A stretch of 63,659 nucleotides of DNA, filler included, from Dimargaris cristalligena (GCA_003614675.1; 13 parts of 13 records of this genome joined end to end with filler, not necessarily neighbours in it); one strand, 5' to 3'. Counted from the first letter of the whole stretch, positions 1 to 11,636 are shown. Notes: a model not told the origin generated them from the letters alone. Program-made: numbers and translations.

Positions 1-2
1 TC

Positions 3-1490
3 CCCGTTATCGAACACTTGATCACCCGGCCCTTCCCACCCCAAGACGGGATCGGGGCCCTGATTATAACACCAACGAAGCAATCGGCGGAACAAATCCA
101 CCGGGTCCTGGGCCAATTCCTGGTTAATCAACAAAACCTATCGTCCGGATTGCTTATCGAGCGAGGCGTTTGGCAAACCGAAGTCGATGCCCTGCGGAAA
201 GGCACCACCATTTTAGTGACCACCCCGGATCGGCTCGTGAAACACCTGGAGGTTACAGCAGGAGTAGTTATCCAAAACGCGCGGATGTTGGTTATTAACG
301 AGGCGGACCAAATCCTGAGCTCGGGGGGTGGGGAGAGTCTCCGCCACATTATCAGTGCGATATCCCAAGTAAGCCCATCCGACCAACCCCGCCAATCCCT
401 ACTCTTTACCACCACCAAAACCACGGAAGTCGATGCTTTGGCCCCAACGGTGCTGCGCCGCCATTTTCGAACCGTGGGCATGCAGGATCCGGTGGCCGAG
501 CCGAAAGAGACCATCCGGAACCACGGGTACGTGTTGGTCCGCTCGGCTGACCGGTTGATTCTCCTCCACAATATCCTGCAACGTTGCCCGAACCAGAAGG
601 CCGTGGTGTTTGTCGCCTCCTCCGAAATGGCCACTCTGCTCCATTATTTACTCCCCCGTCTGGATCTACCCCAATCGGTTATCCTTCTCAACGACCAGCT
701 GGGCCCCAGTGCGCGTCAGACTGCTTTGGAGGAATTCCAAGCCCCGACCCCACAGGGCATGGTCTTGATTACTACACATACCGCCACCCAAGACCCCCCT
801 TTGACGGCGGTGGATTGGGGTATCCAATTCGAGGCCCCCAGTGATCCGGTCGCTTTCCCGCGCCATTTGAAGGGGGTGGACCGGTCCCTGCTGTTTCTGC
901 TACCGAACGAACTGAATTTCCTCGAGGCGTTGAAGAAGCCGGAAGCTCCCCTTAGTGAGATGTGCATCTACCGAACCCCCAAGAAGGGCCAGTCCGGGGA
1001 CGACCTGGTGTCACTGGCTTCGTTATCACCCAAAGCGGCTTCTTCTGCGGTCGTTTCGGCTCTACCGGATTTACAACCCCGCATCGACGAGTTGATCAAT
1101 AGTAGTCGCGTGGCGCTGAACATGGCCCAGACGGCCTACCGCACTTTTATCTTGGACTACCATGGCCGCACCAAAAAGAGCATCTTTAATATCACCAATC
1201 TGGATACCGTGGGCCTGGCCCAATCTTTGGCCTTCCAGAAAAAGCCCGCCCCTGCCCCTTCGGCGAAGGCTAAGACTGCTAAGGCCAAGGCACCCCTTAA
1301 GACGCCCGCCTCCAAATCGGTCAAAGCCGACCAGGCGGCGAATCAGAAGAAGAGGCAAGCGGACAAGGATGTCAAGCATAACAACAATAAGGATGAGACG
1401 AATGATTCGAACGATACAGTTGGCAAGAAAAATAAGAAACATAATAAGAAGCGGAAGACCGAGGGTGATTCTGCCGATTCAACGAAATAA
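3..1490 (+). CDS. HAS1/DDX18-like DEAD-box helicase paralog, 5' truncated, catalytic motifs degenerate
   Basis: PVIEHL..F.P..GIGALIITPTKQSAEQI, TPDRLVKHL, LVINEADQIL, VDWGIQFEAPSDP, and a C-terminal AYRTFILDY...IFNITNLD extension typical of the Has1/Dbp4 group, followed by a Lys-rich tail. Confidence 0.85.
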   Translation, partial: PVIEHLITRPFPPQDGIGALIITPTKQSAEQIHRVLGQFLVNQQNLSSGLLIERGVWQTEVDALRKGTTILVTTPDRLVKHLEVTAGVVIQNARMLVINEADQILSSGGGESLRHIISAISQVSPSDQPRQSLLFTTTKTTEVDALAPTVLRRHFRTVGMQDPVAEPKETIRNHGYVLVRSADRLILLHNILQRCPNQKAVVFVASSEMATLLHYLLPRLDLPQSVILLNDQLGPSARQTALEEFQAPTPQGMVLITTHTATQDPPLTAVDWGIQFEAPSDPVAFPRHLKGVDRSLLFLLPNELNFLEALKKPEAPLSEMCIYRTPKKGQSGDDLVSLASLSPKAASSAVVSALPDLQPRIDELINSSRVALNMAQTAYRTFILDYHGRTKKSIFNITNLDTVGLAQSLAFQKKPAPAPSAKAKTAKAKAPLKTPASKSVKADQAANQKKRQADKDVKHNNNKDETNDSNDTVGKKNKKHNKKRKTEGDSADSTK

Positions 1491-1911
1491 TCAGAAAACT
1501 CGGACTAACATCAGTTTCATAGGAGCATTTCGGATATCCCCCCACCCCATGGGGCCTTCACCCACATAATCATAATTGTGACTGTTCCATTACATACCCC
1601 TCCATTATTCTTTATAGCGTCTTTTTCCATAAAAAATAAAAGTACAATACAATCTAATAAATAATAGGACGTTTTCTTCCCCTAAACTTTCCTCTGGATA
1701 TTCCAAATGGTTACATGATTGTCAAGTCAACCACCTACACCCAGTGAAAAATCTACAATAGCATAAGTCGAGCTATTATGACCACAAAAAAAAAAAAAAC
1801 AAGAAACAAAGCCAAAAGCTCTTCTTATATTAATGAGTCGTGTCTTTCTAAAAAGAATAAACAAGTATAACGTTCATGGGATATCGTGGTGGTAAGTATC
1901 CGCGAAGGTGT

Positions 1912-4749
1912 TCACAGAGAGCAGATGAACTGAATCAAATAGGTACCAGGTATAATATTCATAGGTAACTGGGCCAAATTCGGATCCATCTGGGGGGTCG
2001 GATGATGCTGGTGGTACTGGGCAATATACTGGTCAATGCGTTGCAGAATACTCTCGACCGTGTAAAAGGAAGTCGGAACGGCGGGAATCGTTTGTGGTAA
2101 AAAGTAATGGGGCGACAGACTGGCCCCCCGAAGGGAATAGTTACTGCCATTAATACCACCGCCACCTTCCATGACGCCGGTGGGTCCTATCATACCCGAC
2201 GATAGGGATTGGGTAGAGGCCCGTCGACTACCCGCAGTGTCGCCATTGCCCATAGGGGATACCCCGTAATGGAGCGAATGGGGATGGTGGGGTAGCTGTG
2301 ACTGCGGTTGGCCTGGGCCAGCCGCCGTCGGGGAGGCAAAGAGCTGGCTGGTTGTAGACCGCCGGGGGTGGTTGGCAAAATAGTGACCGGGCTCGGGTGA
2401 GCCGGTGGGGTTGAGCAGTGGCATACTAGAAGAAGGGGGAGAGTTATGGGCACTATCGACAGGACTGGGCGACAGACATTCCCCAGGTAGCGAACCTGAG
2501 ATCCCCATGGCCGGGTGGGAAATCATACGGGGCTGAATGGGGGTCTGGGTCTGCGACGGTGGTTGGGAGGAAGGTGGAGTGGTGTGTTGGAGGTAGTCCT
2601 GGATGGCCTGTTGGATGGCTTGGTTCCACCGGTCTTTCGCCTGGGCTGAACTGAACCCGAACATGTACCGCTTAAGCTTGAAGGAGTAGCGCAGATCCGG
2701 GGGGCCAAAGGCACTAAGCGGGGTCATGGCACCATTATTACTACCGCCACTGCTACTACTACTGCTGCTGCTACCACTGCCATTACCATGCCCATGCCCA
2801 TTGCTATTAGCCCCTCCTCCCCCTACGGCTGGTGCCGCTTTAAGGCTTTCACGCAAGGTCGCCGCCGCTGCTGCTGCCGCGGGCGACGGGGAGGATGTCA
2901 TTAGATTAGGGGCCTGGAGGGCCACCGTCAGCGTGTGTTCCATAAATCCCCCTTCCACTAGCACACTCCGGACGGGTAACCCGGAATACACCCGGCTATT
3001 CCGACCGCGGGGCAGGAAGTAAATGGATGTACGACCCAATACCGTCGGATAAATCGCGATTTTCTGGGTCTTCGCCAAACTAAAGTCGAGGACCTCCGGG
3101 TAGCAAAAGAGTCCCGGAGAATAGAGGCGGATACAGAAGCACGGGTCGGGGTAGGGGATGCGCACCCAAATTTCGGCGGCGGGCGTCAAGGTGCGGAGAT
3201 GTTCCACAAGGGCCTGTGGGGGATGCGGGGATGGGTGGATAGGGACGGAGGCTAAATAGGCGCGCAGTTCCCGGGAGGGCGGACCGTGCATAATGAGCCG
3301 CGCCGGGAATAAGTCGGTAGAGAAGTTAAGGGGGCCGTTACGGAACGACGGGGGGAAGGCGAACAGGGTATTGGGCGGTGGGACCGGTGGGTTTACGGAG
3401 GTTGGCGGAGAGCCGCCCAACATGCCCAAGCTGGTGGGATTCCAGACGGGGGTGACGTGACTGCATTCGGGCGCCGACTGGAAACGGACCATCACTCGTT
3501 TGGAATCGGCCGCCATTTCCAGTTTTTCGCGCCGGATCCGGTGGAACAGTTCCTGCAGATAGGGGGTGGGAACTTCCGTTTCGAATTGGTCCATGCCCCG
3601 TATCGGCATTTCCGCTAGGGGCAGCTCGTCCAACGATAGATCGTCCGTGGAACTGTGGGGGCCCCGGCCGCCACCACCGCCTGGGACCCCGCGGCGCGAT
3701 GGGTGGGGGTTGGCCACCTTAAACTTGGTGATGAAATCGACGTAAGCCAACTCGGCGGTCATGTCCTGTTGGAGCAGAGGGTTATGGAGATCCGAATTCA
3801 GGGTCATGATGGCGTACACCAGTTTGACCGTCAGTTCCGGGGAGGCCGGTTCGAAATATTCAAAAAAACGGGGGGGCCGGAGGGTGCCGGCTCCTAGGCC
3901 TCCCCGGTTCACCGCGGAGCCATCCAAGGTAGTACTACCGCCCCCAGTTCCTCCCGGAGCATCGGCCGCTGTACGATCGGAATGGGCCAATTCCTGAACC
4001 CCGTCGTACCAGTGCCGGGCGAACGTCTCCAGTAGGTAGTCGATGATGTGCGGGTCGCCGGGTAAACGAATGTAGAGCATGAAGATACGTAGGGCCTCGT
4101 CGATGGGCAGCATATGGTATTTGAAGCGGTCCAAAAAGGCCCACGTCACGGCATGGTGGAACTTGCGGCGCCGTTCGATATCGGCCCCTACGGGGTGTTG
4201 GATGGCCTGTTTACGGAGCAAGTGGGGGTCCTCCCGCATCATGTGTTGGTTATACGGCGAGGTTTGCACTTGGTGACGATTGCGCCAGGCGTGGCGGCAG
4301 CCGAACCCCAGGTACACCCCAAGCTGCTTACGGTTGAGTAGGGTGGTGCGGTAAAGGAACGAGGCGACGTGGTCGGCATCAGATGGAATCAGGTTCTCCT
4401 GGAGGAGCTGCAGGACCGTCAGTAAGGGGTTGGATTCAAATTGGCGGCAGGCGTTCCGCAAGCGGGGTTCCATCCATAGTGTGCCGGAGGGACCGGTCGC
4501 GGGAACGGCACCTAAAACAGTGGAATCCATGGGCATATACTCATTCTCCGAGTTTGAACGCGTAAGTGGTTTGAGTGCGGGGCTGGGGCTGGGGTGGATG
4601 TTGGACCGATCGTTTTGGATATGGGCGCGCTGGAGGGGAATAACGCTCCGAATCTGGAAGAAATCTTGCAAAGAAGGGCCCCCGTGGGAGGTAGAGTGGG
4701 GGGTAGTGGCGGTGGTGGATCGATTTCCGCTCTGGGGAGCAGCAGGGGG
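1912..4749 (-). CDS. Sec7-domain (Arf-GEF family) protein with a C-terminal PH-like region, 5' truncated
   Basis: VASFLYRTTLLNRKQLGVYLG, IDEALRIFMLYIRLPGDPHIIDYLLETFA, LVYAIMTLNSDLHNP; later YMFGFSSAQAKDRWNQAI resembles a PH C-terminal helix. Confidence 0.85.
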   Translation of the reverse strand, partial: PPAAPQSGNRSTTATTPHSTSHGGPSLQDFFQIRSVIPLQRAHIQNDRSNIHPSPSPALKPLTRSNSENEYMPMDSTVLGAVPATGPSGTLWMEPRLRNACRQFESNPLLTVLQLLQENLIPSDADHVASFLYRTTLLNRKQLGVYLGFGCRHAWRNRHQVQTSPYNQHMMREDPHLLRKQAIQHPVGADIERRRKFHHAVTWAFLDRFKYHMLPIDEALRIFMLYIRLPGDPHIIDYLLETFARHWYDGVQELAHSDRTAADAPGGTGGGSTTLDGSAVNRGGLGAGTLRPPRFFEYFEPASPELTVKLVYAIMTLNSDLHNPLLQQDMTAELAYVDFITKFKVANPHPSRRGVPGGGGGRGPHSSTDDLSLDELPLAEMPIRGMDQFETEVPTPYLQELFHRIRREKLEMAADSKRVMVRFQSAPECSHVTPVWNPTSLGMLGGSPPTSVNPPVPPPNTLFAFPPSFRNGPLNFSTDLFPARLIMHGPPSRELRAYLASVPIHPSPHPPQALVEHLRTLTPAAEIWVRIPYPDPCFCIRLYSPGLFCYPEVLDFSLAKTQKIAIYPTVLGRTSIYFLPRGRNSRVYSGLPVRSVLVEGGFMEHTLTVALQAPNLMTSSPSPAAAAAAATLRESLKAAPAVGGGGANSNGHGHGNGSGSSSSSSSSGGSNNGAMTPLSAFGPPDLRYSFKLKRYMFGFSSAQAKDRWNQAIQQAIQDYLQHTTPPSSQPPSQTQTPIQPRMISHPAMGISGSLPGECLSPSPVDSAHNSPPSSSMPLLNPTGSPEPGHYFANHPRRSTTSQLFASPTAAGPGQPQSQLPHHPHSLHYGVSPMGNGDTAGSRRASTQSLSSGMIGPTGVMEGGGGINGSNYSLRGASLSPHYFLPQTIPAVPTSFYTVESILQRIDQYIAQYHQHHPTPQMDPNLAQLPMNIIPGTYLIQFICSL

Positions 4750-4849
4750 NNNNNNNNNNNNNNNNNNNNNNNNNNNNNNNNNNNNNNNNNNNNTTAATTA
4801 ATTAANNNNNNNNNNNNNNNNNNNNNNNNNNNNNNNNNNNNNNNNNNNN
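4750..4849. other. Artificial contig spacer (N44-TTAATTAATTAA-N44)
   Basis: Same 100-nt spacer at 9705, 14657, 19600, 24540, 29478, 34397, 39310, 44219, 49091, 53953 and 58815; the contigs between them fall steadily in length from 4855 to 4762 nt. Confidence 0.99.
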
Positions 4850-5177
4850 TAATAGCTTTCTCCCTTTCTTTTTTTCCCTTCTATTGTTTCACATTGAATT
4901 TATTGGTTACCCGAGTATTACCTATCCTTTGTGATTAATATGATTGTCTGGGAACTCCCTTCCCTTTCCCTTTGCTTAGCCATCTAATCTTCTGGGACCT
5001 TCTCTCCCTTTCTCTATTATTTATTTATCTTTTTATTTAGACTTCCCCTTCTAAGTATAAATACTCCTCCTTACTGCCACCTCTTAGAACAGCAAGTCTA
5101 TTATCACCTTTCCCTTCTTATCATCTATTTTTTAAAATAAAGTTCAGTTTTCAAGGATTTGATTTCAGTTCTTTACA
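4850..5177 (+). mobile_element. Probable LTR 3' part (second family)
   Basis: TATAAATA, then AATAAA, ending ...CTTTACA directly against a family-A LTR fragment. Confidence 0.4.
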
Positions 5178-5309
5178 AGGGTTATATGATATAGGGTAGT
5201 CCTGTAGTACCAGGGGTGACCTATGGGAAGGTTAATATGGTGCTATAAGGCCTAATAAGGGCAGATAGTATGGTGTCCAGATTAAGGTAGATTAGAAGGG
5301 TTGACACCA
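5178..5309 (-). mobile_element. LTR family A, partial copy
   Basis: Reverse complement aligns with 33630-33760; same-strand match to 40356-40485 and 51958-52088. Confidence 0.8.
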
Positions 5310-5315
5310 TCAGTG

Positions 5316-5646
5316 ATTATATTACATATGTCAACCACTATACCTTCACCAGACTGGCTAACTCCACCTCCTTGTGGATGTCCATGAGCTGATGCAATAT
5401 AGTATATGCTGGTTACCTGGATCACACCATGTGCCTTGGCAGGATTTCTCATAATGTGTACCTGGCATCCTGGCTGCCCAGGAGGCTATACCACATCAGC
5501 CCATCTACATTATTTGCAGACTCAGAAATGATTTTATGGAAGTCATATTGCATTTGCAGGAGCAAGGCATCATGGATGCCAAAGATAATGTTGGTGGTCT
5601 TCTGGAGTGGCACCAAAGCATAGACTCCACATTCCCTGCCTACTAA
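5316..5646 (+). pseudogene. UBA4: UBA4/MOCS3 C-terminal rhodanese-domain pseudogene fragment
   Basis: Frame 1 reads TG*LHLLVDVHELMQYSICWLPGSHHVP...QPIYIICRLRNDF...KDNVGGLLEWHQSIDSTFPAY*, matching the Uba4 pattern HLLLDVR..Q..IC.LP...IYVICR.GNDS...D..GGL..W...ID..FP.Y; in-frame TAA at 5359 and 5452. Confidence 0.85.
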
Positions 5647-8450
5647 TTCATTGCTAAGGGATGCCTTTTATATGATGGCAAGTTGCACTGTGGACTAAAC
5701 ATTGTCCCTATTAATGAACCTCAACCTTGAAATACCCAATGTGAAGTAAATAGGGCTGCAAGGGAATCCCCAGGCCATATATACTAGTAACCCCAGTAAT
5801 ATTATATATATATATATGATTTCCCATTTACCTCCCTGGTGAATAACCAACATTAGTTCCAACATTCTTTGAGTAGTATATAATAGACTGACATAGTCAG
5901 TGGTTAATTCATGAGTGTGATTTACTTAATAATTATTAGTTCTGTGCAGACAGCATTGATGACCTGTGGCCATTGAAATATGGGCACCAAAATTCTCTAG
6001 TTGCAACCAGGCTTGAAGCAAGCCTGTAACTGCAGGTATACACATGGGTGTTATACTGATATCAACCCACTATGACTTCCCCCCTTCCTAGTCATAAAGG
6101 TCTTACAGTGCAACATGAGCCATTGTCCCTATAACATTACAGTGGTAGCTAGGCTGTCTACTCTGTTTTTCATAGCTCATTTCTGATGGAAGCATTATTG
6201 TTGCATGTTACCACCCTTGTCTTGGAGCGTATGTGTGGTTAGCTGATGTTATTTAGCAATGGGTTAGGGCAAGAAGGGAGCCTCTCCAATTTATAAATGG
6301 CAGCGTGGTCTGGGGTATAAGTAAAAACCATTAGGGTGGGTTGGCGGTTATCAAGGGAATATGAACATCTCATAGGCCGGATGTTACCACAGCTATGGGA
6401 GATTGAGCTGCTACGATATGCAAGATTACCAATATACCACTCCAGCAACTTGTGTACTCCTCTGTCTCTATTATCGTATACTACTTGATTACCTGAATGT
6501 ATTGCTGCAGACGGTGTCCTCAAGGGCCCTTCAAACGGTGGCTGGCATTGTGATGTCTCTCTCAGTGAAATATCCAAAAGCGCTATTTGCCTTTTTATTT
6601 TTCGACAACTACACCCTTGGTCCAGTAAAAAGGGATCCGTACTGCTTTGTAGCGATAGCTACATCATCAGTGGTCTTATCCGGTAGCCCCCTAGACGATT
6701 TAAATAACTGTTCCACTGAAAAACAAGTGGCTTTATTGGGAACTAGACGATTTGAATATTACCCTCCTTTCTTACACAACCCTGTTATCGATGCAATTCA
6801 CTTGCTTCTATTTTTAACGGATATTTCCAAAACTAAACATACTATAATAAGTCAAATTTACTATGGCATAATATAATAGTACATTTTTTCGTACATTGGC
6901 GCCAATTATTTTACATGTAAAACTTAATATTGGTCATGGTTCTAATCAATGAGAAATGTCAGAGCAAGGTTCAATGGGATCACATTGGTTTATACCGAAA
7001 TTCTCTCATTCCTCTTCACCCTCGCCCCAACCGTATAATTCATGCCTAATGCTGTGGGGTTTAATTGTATGTAGCTTGTGTTACTATACCTCATGGATCA
7101 TTCCTTGGGACTACATGTCTCATTCCAACCACCCCCTCTCACCATAGTTGACAGTGTAGATCAGGTATTTCCCAACTTCATACTCGACTATTCTCCGGTC
7201 TATATCGATCTTCTAATAAAATTGACATTCCCAATCTTCAATATTGATTATGGGAAATAATTATTACATCAATGGTTCAAAAAACAACCATACGAACTGA
7301 ACTGATAAACTTTGTCAAGAAATACGACTCTCGCGTCGAGCACCTTCTTTTGGCTTCGTCAATAAAATTATGCTGCTTTCGCTGGAATGAAGTAACAGCT
7401 AAATGACACAGACATAACCATAGCAGCCTAGAATGTTTAAATACCTAAAATAATAATAGTATAAAACACTTACTGATGGGGGGATCGTAATTATTGGAAA
7501 CATTCATTGCTGTATACTCTACAAGAGAATCTATCAAAATAGTAGGTACCGAGTAAATATTAGGCCTCGTTTTTATCAAGTTCGAACTATATTTACATTA
7601 TAGCCTTCAAATCAGCGCTGAAAATATATTGTTTGGCCTCATAAGACAACTACCCAACCCAGATGACTAAAGGGAAAAAACATACCTTGGAAATAAACCA
7701 TGCCGACCATGTGCTCAAGCCTCGAAACATCCATTATTTCGCTTAAAAAGCCAGTCTGTCTTACCAGCGTACCTGGTACATGTGTAAGGTCCTGGGAGTT
7801 CGGCAATTGGAAAAACGAGCTTAAGACTGATGAACAATTAAGTCCGTATCAGTATTTTCCTAATACTCACCGAAATGAAAATAATAATATCAATACCGCA
7901 TGGTAGGGCCCATTTAGGGATTTACGCAAGGAAATGGTGCAACAGGGATTATACATCGAGTAATGGCGACTTTGACCTTAACCACCTGCAGTGGTTACAC
8001 ATGGCGTTTCCACAACCTAGCTGGAATACTATTGTTTCCATTTATTATTACGTGGGCATAGAGGTAGACGGCAAGTCTCGGCCAAGTAGAAGTTCATGGC
8101 CTGAATTATCGAGGCGATCTACATTTGATGCTTGAAACCAAACTGGTTACACTGTTCAAGGCCCGGTACCACGTCTACCAACGTCCCCGGTAGCTTCCGT
8201 ATAATTCAACTGGCAATTTCTGATATCGAGGGGGACATCCCAACGCTCAGTTCCAGATTTAGCCCAAAGCAGCGTAATGGAATCCCTTTCCGCCCCATCG
8301 TATAAATACCAGTATTTGACCCTCCTTTACAGTCAAATCATCCACTTCTCCGCCCACAGGATTTCAGACCCCAATCACTCCTTGCCATTTCATACCCTAA
8401 ATAAGAACTCACGCCCCCGCCTCCGTCTCCCCCATCAACCACCCGCTATC

Positions 8451-9077
8451 ATGAAGCTGTTCACCATTAGTACCCTGGCTTTCGCCATGCCATCCGCCCT
8501 CGCCGGAAGCCTCCCTATCGTTCCGAATACCGACTCATTCCAATGTTCCCCCGCGGTCCCCCTTGAGATGAAATTGGCGGTAGCAGACCTTAACGGCATC
8601 CTGTGCCGCTTTGAGCCTACCCAGGCTCTCGCCATTGTAGAAAAATTTGTTCAGGAAAAGGGTTACAACGGCCAGGCTTGTCAAGGCGAAGCGGAATGCG
8701 CCCGCCGTCGAGGTGAACTAGCTGGCTACGTGGCGAGTAATCCGGAGGCCTCACTGATTTCGACCATAGCTAATAGCCCCGGTGACCATGCTAGCTCACC
8801 CATGCCGAAACTGTATCGCCGTAGCTCTGGCGAGTGTCCCATTCCCTGTGTCAATGTTTGGGATGTCGTCGAAGACCAATGCGGGTCTGGTGAATGTGTG
8901 GGAAGTCTATGTGCATTTATTTGTGTTGTTCCCGTTACCATTTTCAATATATTCATAGCAGGGCCCACTCAAGCCGTTGCGTGCATATTTACTTGTGGGG
9001 GTAGCTGTGGGGATGTCTGTGGTGATGGCATGACAATGACAATTCCCCCCAATCCAGCTACGGCGCCGGAGTCCTAG
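8451..9077 (+). CDS. Small secreted cysteine-rich protein (effector-like)
   Basis: Signal peptide MKLFTISTLAFAMPSALA, dibasic KLYRR site, C-terminal part with 10 Cys; TATAAATA at 8301; intronless. Confidence 0.75.
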   Translation: MKLFTISTLAFAMPSALAGSLPIVPNTDSFQCSPAVPLEMKLAVADLNGILCRFEPTQALAIVEKFVQEKGYNGQACQGEAECARRRGELAGYVASNPEASLISTIANSPGDHASSPMPKLYRRSSGECPIPCVNVWDVVEDQCGSGECVGSLCAFICVVPVTIFNIFIAGPTQAVACIFTCGGSCGDVCGDGMTMTIPPNPATAPES

Positions 9078-10727
9078 TATGCCACTAAGATTTAATCAGA
9101 GATCTTAAAAAGCTAACTTTGCTGGTATTAATAAAACGAATGTGCATTTCACCAAATTACTTTGTAGCAAATTTGTGGGAGTAAAATACATTTTTGCAGT
9201 AGTTAACCACTTTCTAATTACCAATAGTCGACATGGGTAGGTTTCTATAGAATTCAGTTCTGGGACATGCCCCCATCTATGCTTACTCAATAGCAATAGA
9301 GGAAGGAAGGGGGGCTAATAGTCAATGGCATTGCACAATTGGTAACAATGGACTAGGTATAAAGAAATTCACTTAAGAAACCAGATAAATATAACCTAAT
9401 AAGCTTATAGGTTGTAGCATGTAGATGGTGTTTATATGTACATACAATGCCAGGGAGTTATTATAGAAACCATACCTGAGGTACTTGTAAGAGGTCACTG
9501 ATATCTGGAAAACTATGCTGGGAACAGATGTTGGAATACTAAGGATGTAAAGAAAATAAAACTAGAAGTAAGGGAAGAAAGCAGCTGGAGGACAGTAGGT
9601 GCCTCTAGGTAGTTAGTTTTATTGAACTGTGATTTTGATGGGGTGAAACATAAGTGGCTAACATAAATGATCTCATGATAGCAGAATAAACTAACATAAT
9701 TGGGNNNNNNNNNNNNNNNNNNNNNNNNNNNNNNNNNNNNNNNNNNNNTTAATTAATTAANNNNNNNNNNNNNNNNNNNNNNNNNNNNNNNNNNNNNNNN
9801 NNNNCGCATTGGCAATGGGTTTTTCAATTTGACCCGGCTTGTGGCCACCATATGGGCGACAAGGGCCCTGTGCGCTGTGCGAGTAGAATTTATTTACTAT
9901 GAGTTCCAGTGTAAATGTGAATTATAGTGCTTATCCCTGGGCAGCACTTGGTGTTCCCCTGTCATTAGTGCAATACACCATGTATTGGTGATTATACGGA
10001 TGGGGTGAGTAGGGTTATATATTCGACAGATTAGAGATGTCGCTATCTAGACAAACAATGTAATGTCTCTGTTTATATTCTAATCAGTGTCTAGCTGTGG
10101 TTTATAGGCTCTTAACGGTTCGTTGACTGTTCCACAAGCGCCGTCCATGTTTAATGCCAGTTTTTCCCATATTAACTACTTTATTATTATGCTGGTTTGA
10201 GAGGGAGGATGATGATGTTAGGCTTGCAATCTATTTTTCAGCAATATATTAGTGCTGTAACTTACGAAAGTGGGTGTATTTTTATTGGGGCCTACCACTA
10301 TTGTGTCTGTATTGCTGCTCTAGGGACAATATCCCTTTAGTCCCCTTACGTTTGTGCCGGTTGCGGGGAATAGCCAACTCGGCTACCACTATGGGCCGAG
10401 TTTCCGTTGTACAAATAAGGTACCCACTAATAGTAGCGCTAATGTGCGCCAACATCCTTCCCCATTCAAAATAGCCCGAACCACATTAGCCTATACCCAC
10501 ATTTTTCCCCTACTCCCCTCTTTTCTTTTTTTACCCTCATATTGAATTTCTTTCCCTGCTTACTTCTCCTTTTGTAATTGCCCTTAGTTTTAGTGTTTAT
10601 TTTCGCCCAATGTTTACCAACTGATTTGCTCCCCCCCCTCCACATACACAAAGACACACACACATACGCACTCCTTCGGCCACTATCCACCTCCCCTCCA
10701 TTTCGGGTCCATAAACCATTCGCCACT

Positions 10728-11636
10728 ATGCCCTCGTTCTCAGAACGCCCGTGGGCCTATGCCAAGTACAGTAAATACTACGAACGCACGCTCCGCAATC
10801 CCTTTCTGTTTTTTGGCCTGCCGTTCATTGCGACCATGGTCTTGGGGTCACTCGCTCTAGCTCCCATTGCCCAAACCCGCTACGATCTTCACGATGAGAA
10901 TAAGGGAGTGGTAAGTCAACACCCCTTCCACCCATTGAACAATGGGGGCCCTCTCGACTTTACTAGGAGTGGGGGGTATGCCACAACCCTCTCGCTGCCC
11001 TCTACCCCCCTCACCACATGTCATAGAGGTGTGTTGGTAAACTAATGTCTGTTTCCATTGGGCCGGGTGGGGGTAGGAAACTATATATATAATACGCTAA
11101 TTGTTGCGTCCGTTCCAGTGTTCTTCGCGATCAATAATAATGACACCTGTACTAAACCACCAGGCTCCCCCCTTATTTATCTGTCTCTCTTGACACGACC
11201 CCCTCCCTCCCTTACTTACTAAACTGCCACCAGCTAACCAATGAAGACGAACTAAAAATGAAGGTCAACCGCCGCCCCTTATCGCTACAGGAAGAGTACT
11301 GGGTAAGAAGTTACACCTTCATTAGCGCCATTAGGAGACCTTGTGCATCATTATGGGTTATGGATTGATTTGCAGTTGCAGTTGCACGCCGGCTTCTATA
11401 ACTAACCCGCATTCTCAGCCCTCCCCTCCCCCTGAGCACACATCATCGTCGCGAATTATTCCGGATTTAGCTAATTTATTTCCATTATTTTATCTGGTAC
11501 CATTCTTTCCCCCATTTGGTATCATCTGCCACCTCTTACCTCACCGCATATCCGGCTCAATTAGCGGTTACAAGAGAAAGACCTGGACGATTGGCAAAAC
11601 CAGCGGGTTCAACGCCCACCAGGGCAGGACGAATAA
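10728..11636 (+). CDS. COX16: Cytochrome c oxidase assembly protein COX16; exons 10728-10910, 11234-11302, 11565-11636
   Basis: NPFLFFGLPFIATMVLGSLALAPIAQTRYD...LQEEYWRL....DDWQNQRVQRP; two GT-AG introns keep the frame. Confidence 0.93.

Noticed and set aside
2730-2880. Trinucleotide-like repeats (CTA/CTG/CCG runs)
   Set aside because: They encode ordinary poly-Ser/Gly/Ala linkers inside the Sec7 protein.
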